Made by a program: the position numbers and the translations under genes. The notes beneath the pieces were generated by a model, which ran no database searches, was not told the origin of the DNA, and worked only from the letters and a program-made list of their open reading frames with translations. Positions 28,383 to 32,000 of a DNA stretch of 32,000 nucleotides are shown in pieces. The first letter of the stretch is position 1. Every line of letters starts with the position of its first letter. The DNA is from Pseudoalteromonas tetraodonis. GTDB taxonomy: Bacteria; Pseudomonadota; Gammaproteobacteria; Enterobacterales; Alteromonadaceae. Where the stretch lies: the NCBI RefSeq assembly GCF_002310835.1, contig NZ_CP011041.1, positions 390,001-422,000 of the forward strand, written 5' to 3'.

Positions 28383-28853
28383 CTACGATTGACTGACGAT
28401 AACCTGATATAGTTCGCTATCCGATTTGGCGGCGCGTAACTGTTTACAAAATTCTTTATCATTGAGCTTATCAGCAATCGTGGCTAGCGTCTTCAAATGC
28501 TGCTGATTATCGCCATCGGGAACAATTAACGCGACAAAAATGTCAACCGGTCGGTTATCAATCGCATCAAAATTAATAGCTGTTTCGCTCACTAAAATCA
28601 AAGCAAGGGGCTCTTGAGCACCACTCATGCGACCATGTGGAATAGCAATGCCTCGGCCAATGCCTGTACTTCCAAGCTTTTCTCTTGCAGTTAATGCATT
28701 AAGAATATCTTGTTGTGTTAAATAGGGCAGCTTATTGTGAGCCAATTCACTGATAAATTCTAAAATTCTTTTTTTACTATTAAAAAGGACCGCAGCTTTA
28801 CTGCAGTCCTGACAGATAAGTGAGCTTAGTTTCATAGTGTTAGTGTCGAGCAA
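28383..28853 (-). CDS. ptsN: Nitrogen-PTS enzyme IIA (EIIA-Ntr)
   Basis: The protein has the active-site region GSTGIGRGIAIPHGR and is collinear with E. coli PtsN. The start is uncertain: ATG 28853 overlaps hpf by 14 nt, and ATG 28835 (MKLSSL...) is an alternative. Confidence 0.9.
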   Translation of the reverse strand: MLDTNTMKLSSLICQDCSKAAVLFNSKKRILEFISELAHNKLPYLTQQDILNALTAREKLGSTGIGRGIAIPHGRMSGAQEPLALILVSETAINFDAIDNRPVDIFVALIVPDGDNQQHLKTLATIADKLNDKEFCKQLRAAKSDSELYQVIVSQS

Positions 28854-29127
28854 GTTTCTCTTTGTGTTTAATTACTTGACGATCTAGCTTGTCAATGAGC
28901 GAGTCTATAGCGGCATACATATCTTGATGCTCAGTAGAGGCAAAAATCTCAGCGCCACTAACATGAACGGTTGCTTCAGCTTTTTGGTTTAGTTTTTCTA
29001 CATCGAGAATAACGTGCACATTCGTTATGTGATCAGTGTGCCTCTGTAACTTCGAAAATTTACTATTTACGTAGTCTCTAAGCGAGTCGGTAATATCTAC
29101 ATGGCGACCAGTTAAATTCAGTTGCAT
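28840..29127 (-). CDS. hpf: Ribosome hibernation promoting factor
   Basis: MQLNLTGRHVDITDSLRDYV... aligns with E. coli HPF MQLNITGNNVEITEALREFV and gives 95 aa from ATG 29127. The ORF track starts 2 codons earlier (29133). Confidence 0.9.
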   Translation of the reverse strand: MQLNLTGRHVDITDSLRDYVNSKFSKLQRHTDHITNVHVILDVEKLNQKAEATVHVSGAEIFASTEHQDMYAAIDSLIDKLDRQVIKHKEKLARH

Positions 29128-29153
29128 AAACATTTTCCTCTTTGTTGTACGCC

Positions 29154-30653
29154 TTAAATCAAACTTTTACGTTGATTAGACGGGGGAATAGCTAGAGATT
29201 CGCGATATTTTGCAATGGTTCTCCTCGCTACTTTAATTCCTTGCTCTGCCAATATATCTGCAATTTTACTATCACTCAATGGTTTAGCTGAGTTTTCTGC
29301 AGCGATTAATTTTTTAATTAATGCACGTATTGCTGTTGATGAACATTCGCCACCATTTTCAGTACTTACATGGCTTGAAAAGAAATATTTAAGCTCAAAA
29401 ATGCCACGTGGTGTATGCATGTATTTTTGCGTAGTAACACGCGATATAGTCGACTCATGCATTTCCACCATTTCAGCCACATCGTTAAGCACCATAGGCT
29501 TCATAGCCTCAGGACCGTGTTCAAAAAAGGCCTGTTGCTGCTGCACAATACAGTTGGTTACTTTAAGTAGCGTGTCATTTCTACTTTCTAAGCTTTTTAT
29601 AAACCATTTAGCCTCTTGTAAGTGCGAGCGAATAAATTGGCTATCACCACTTGATTTAACCGTACGCGACATAGCTGCATATTGGCTATTTACTCTGATC
29701 TTAGGCATGCTATCTGGGTTTAATTCAACTACCCAACGACCTTTAACTTTTTTAACCGACACATCAGGAATAACGTATTCAGACTCTTCTCTGACAATAG
29801 TGTCTGCCGGTTTTGGGCTGAGCGTATGAATCAACGTCATGATTTCTTTTAGCTCATCTTCTTTAAGCTTTGTTTTTTTCATTAACGTGCGATAGTCACG
29901 TGCAGCAAGTAAATCAATATGATCGGTTAAGATCATTTTTGTTTCGTTTAAAAAAGGTGTGTCTTTATCAAATTGATTTAGCTGAATACACAAGCACTCT
30001 TGTAAACTACGCGCGGCTATTCCCACTGGATCAAATAGTTGAATACGCTTTAGTACCGCTTCTATTTCGTCAAGTTCAACTTCATCTTCGCCGTCGTTTT
30101 CTTGGTTAAAGCTTTCTAATATTTCTTCACAGCTAAGGGTTAGAATCCCTGAATCGTCCACAGCTTCTACAATTGCAATAGCTATCGCTTCATCGGTAGG
30201 ACTAAACGGCGTCAGTTGAAGTTGCCACATTAAATACTCATGCAGCGTTTCAGTCGAAGAGCCTTGATAAATAGATTCATCTTCTGGCATTGGGCCCGAT
30301 GAAGAGGCAGGCGCAGCGCTCATATATTCATCCCAAGTAACATCCATAGCCATATCATCGCTAATGGTGTCTTTGGTCATTGCTTCGCCGCTATCTTGCT
30401 CATACTCGCTAGGTTTATCGTCAGCTGAGGCACTTAGCGTTAAGTCATCGTTATCGGCTTTTTGTTCGTTTTTACCTGCAGTGTCTTCGCTGTAATCGTG
30501 TTCTTCAACTTCAAGCAAGGGGTTGCTATCGAGCGCTTCTTGAATTTCTTGCTGGAGATCCAATGTACTGAGTTGCAATAAGCGAATTGCTTGTTGCAAC
30601 TGTGGAGTCATTGTAAGTTGCTGGCCCATGCGCAGCTGTAATGATTGCCTCAT
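29154..30653 (-). CDS. rpoN: RNA polymerase sigma-54 factor
   Basis: The 499-aa protein has a Gln/Leu-rich region I ([29 protein letters not shown]) and an acidic region II. It also has the HTH and the RpoN box ARRTIAKYR. Confidence 0.97.
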   Translation of the reverse strand: MRQSLQLRMGQQLTMTPQLQQAIRLLQLSTLDLQQEIQEALDSNPLLEVEEHDYSEDTAGKNEQKADNDDLTLSASADDKPSEYEQDSGEAMTKDTISDDMAMDVTWDEYMSAAPASSSGPMPEDESIYQGSSTETLHEYLMWQLQLTPFSPTDEAIAIAIVEAVDDSGILTLSCEEILESFNQENDGEDEVELDEIEAVLKRIQLFDPVGIAARSLQECLCIQLNQFDKDTPFLNETKMILTDHIDLLAARDYRTLMKKTKLKEDELKEIMTLIHTLSPKPADTIVREESEYVIPDVSVKKVKGRWVVELNPDSMPKIRVNSQYAAMSRTVKSSGDSQFIRSHLQEAKWFIKSLESRNDTLLKVTNCIVQQQQAFFEHGPEAMKPMVLNDVAEMVEMHESTISRVTTQKYMHTPRGIFELKYFFSSHVSTENGGECSSTAIRALIKKLIAAENSAKPLSDSKIADILAEQGIKVARRTIAKYRESLAIPPSNQRKSLI

Positions 30654-30680
30654 GTATCTCTAACAATCCTTTTAAATTAC

Positions 30681-30941
30681 GGTCTGTTGACCTTTACGGA
30701 TTAAAATTTGTTCAAACTAGGGGCGGTTTAATTGCGGCGCGAGGTTTGTAACCTAGTGGGCTAAGTCAAAACCGAGCAACAAAGAGTAAATCGTCCCTAG
30801 GCAGAACCCGAAGGGCAGCGCCTGTTTGGCATTGATGCTGCGTTATCGCCTATTTATGGGGAATACCACACCACATAGGCTCTGCCTTGCCTAAATACCA
30901 AACAGACTGCTGCAAATTCAACCTTGAAAGGTCAACAGACC
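30681..30941. repeat. 261-bp nested-palindrome element (MITE/ERIC-like element or structured RNA) with perfect 15-bp terminal inverted repeats
   Basis: The terminal repeats are GGTCTGTTGACCTTT (30681-30695) and AAAGGTCAACAGACC (30927-30941). Three internal complementary pairs lie at 30717-30730/30787-30800 (14 bp), 30822-30833/30894-30905 (11 of 12) and 30848-30853/30875-30880. No ORF of 60 aa or more is present. Whether this is a mobile element or an RNA gene cannot be decided from one copy. Confidence 0.55.
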
Positions 30942-30987
30942 TAAGTATAATTAATCTTAGCAGATGCTTAGTGTAATAACACACATA

Positions 30988-31713
30988 TTAGAGCTTGAAC
31001 TGCTCGCCTAAATAAACATCGCGTACTGTTTTATCGTTTAATACATATTCTGGAGTGCCTGATGCAATTAACTCCCCATGAGAAACTATGTAGGCTTTTT
31101 CACAAACATCAAGAGTTTCGCGTACGTTGTGATCTGTGATAAGTACGCCAATTCCTCGGTTTTTAAGATGCTCTATAATCTTTTTAATATCTAATACTGA
31201 GATAGGATCAACCCCCGCAAAGGGTTCGTCTAAAAGGATAAATTTAGGGTTTGCTGCTAACGCGCGAGCAATTTCAACGCGGCGACGTTCACCACCTGAT
31301 AAAGCCATACCTTGACTATCGCGGATATGCTGAATGCTAAATTCATCAAGTAAATTATTTAAGGTATCTTCGCGTTGTTGTTTATTTAATTCTTTACGTG
31401 TTTCTAAGATAGCCATTAAGTTTTGATAAACAGTCAGCTTTCTAAAAATAGACGACTCTTGCGGTAAATAACCAATCCCTAAACGCGCTCGGCTGTGCAT
31501 CGGTAATAAAGTAATATCTTTATCATCAATTGATATTTTGCCTTTATCGCTAGGGACAAGGCCTACAATCATATAAAAAGTGGTGGTTTTACCTGCACCA
31601 TTAGGGCCAAGTAACCCCACAATACTGCCAGCTTCAACCTCTAGGCCAACGTTTTTTACAACTTCACGACCTTTGTAGCTTTTAGCTAATAGCTCTGCTT
31701 TTAATGTGCTCAT
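30988..31713 (-). CDS. lptB: LPS export ABC transporter ATP-binding protein
   Basis: The 241-aa protein has Walker [10 protein letters not shown], signature LSGGERRR and Walker B ILLDEP. It overlaps the lptA stop by 4 nt. Confidence 0.97.
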   Translation of the reverse strand: MSTLKAELLAKSYKGREVVKNVGLEVEAGSIVGLLGPNGAGKTTTFYMIVGLVPSDKGKISIDDKDITLLPMHSRARLGIGYLPQESSIFRKLTVYQNLMAILETRKELNKQQREDTLNNLLDEFSIQHIRDSQGMALSGGERRRVEIARALAANPKFILLDEPFAGVDPISVLDIKKIIEHLKNRGIGVLITDHNVRETLDVCEKAYIVSHGELIASGTPEYVLNDKTVRDVYLGEQFKL

Positions 31714-32000
31714 GGTTGGCCTTTATCATCTTCTTTTTTATTTTCAACAGGGACTAAAATAGTGTGTACACGGTCTGTTGAGTTTTCGTCTTTTTCTGCG
31801 CTAATTAACTGCTGCTCGATATCGTAAGTGATACTTTTAGCTGTTATTTTTTGACCTGCTTGAGCAATGCTTGCATCGCCGATTAAGGTTAAAAAACGCA
31901 GCGACACATCGTAACGCACTTCATTAGCACTGGCGCTCATTATGGTGCCATCAGCTTGTGTTTCTTCAAAATATGCAGGGCTGCCTGTGGCAATTAATAA
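31710..32000 (-). CDS. lptA: LPS transport periplasmic protein LptA, C-terminal part (5' end beyond window)
   Basis: The minus-strand frame is open to the window edge ([31 protein letters not shown]...). Its OstA-like beta-jellyroll repeats and a Lys/Asp-rich tail are collinear with the E. coli LptA C-terminus. The Met at 31940 in the ORF track is internal. Confidence 0.9.
   Translation of the reverse strand, partial: LLIATGSPAYFEETQADGTIMSASANEVRYDVSLRFLTLIGDASIAQAGQKITAKSITYDIEQQLISAEKDENSTDRVHTILVPVENKKEDDKGQP

Noticed and set aside
31770-31781. A 12-nt identity (ACGGTCTGTTGA) links the lptA coding sequence and the left end of the 261-bp element (30679-30690).
   Set aside because: It lies in a constrained coding region, and my rough chance expectation is several percent for this window. 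There is no extended similarity on either side.

Overview
This looks like a gammaproteobacterial chromosome segment, roughly 40% GC by eye (not computed). Gene content, protein sequences and intergenic repeat style suggest a marine Alteromonadales genome, probably Pseudoalteromonas; that is inference I cannot verify here.

The window is almost entirely core housekeeping. In order:
- efp (3' part) and epmA
- a TonB-dependent receptor
- a hotdog thioesterase
- a META-domain lipoprotein
- a TPP-riboswitch-controlled thiC-thiO-thiS-thiG-thiDE-thiF operon
- psd-rsgA, divergent from orn plus three tandem tRNA-Gly(GCC). This matches the E. coli order psd-rsgA/orn-glyVXY.
- yjbQ-cheX-zur
- marC
- dusA
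- a psp-like envelope-stress cluster (pspA, pspC, small membrane protein) that runs co-directionally into PCu(A)C, DUF2333 and an OMP
- a DUF2806-like plus SRPBCC gene pair
- ygiQ
- mgtE
- the ptsO-rapZ-ptsN-hpf-rpoN-lptB-lptA(3' part) block

I found no CRISPR array, integrase, transposase, prophage, or recognisable defence or toxin module, and I do not claim a new protein system.

What the gene list does not explain is mostly non-coding:
1. A 261-bp nested-palindrome element with perfect 15-bp terminal inverted repeats sits in an unusually long lptB-rpoN spacer.
2. Several period-7 (heptanucleotide) repeat arrays occur: two around the tRNA-Gly cluster, and an inverted pair forming a long hairpin between thiC and thiO.
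3. A recurring terminator cassette with an identical stem sequence sits at three convergent gene junctions.
4. The psp locus lacks pspB and pspF and may be fused to a copper-chaperone/DUF2333/OMP trio.

All hairpin and motif coordinates were hand-counted and may be off by 1-2 nt.
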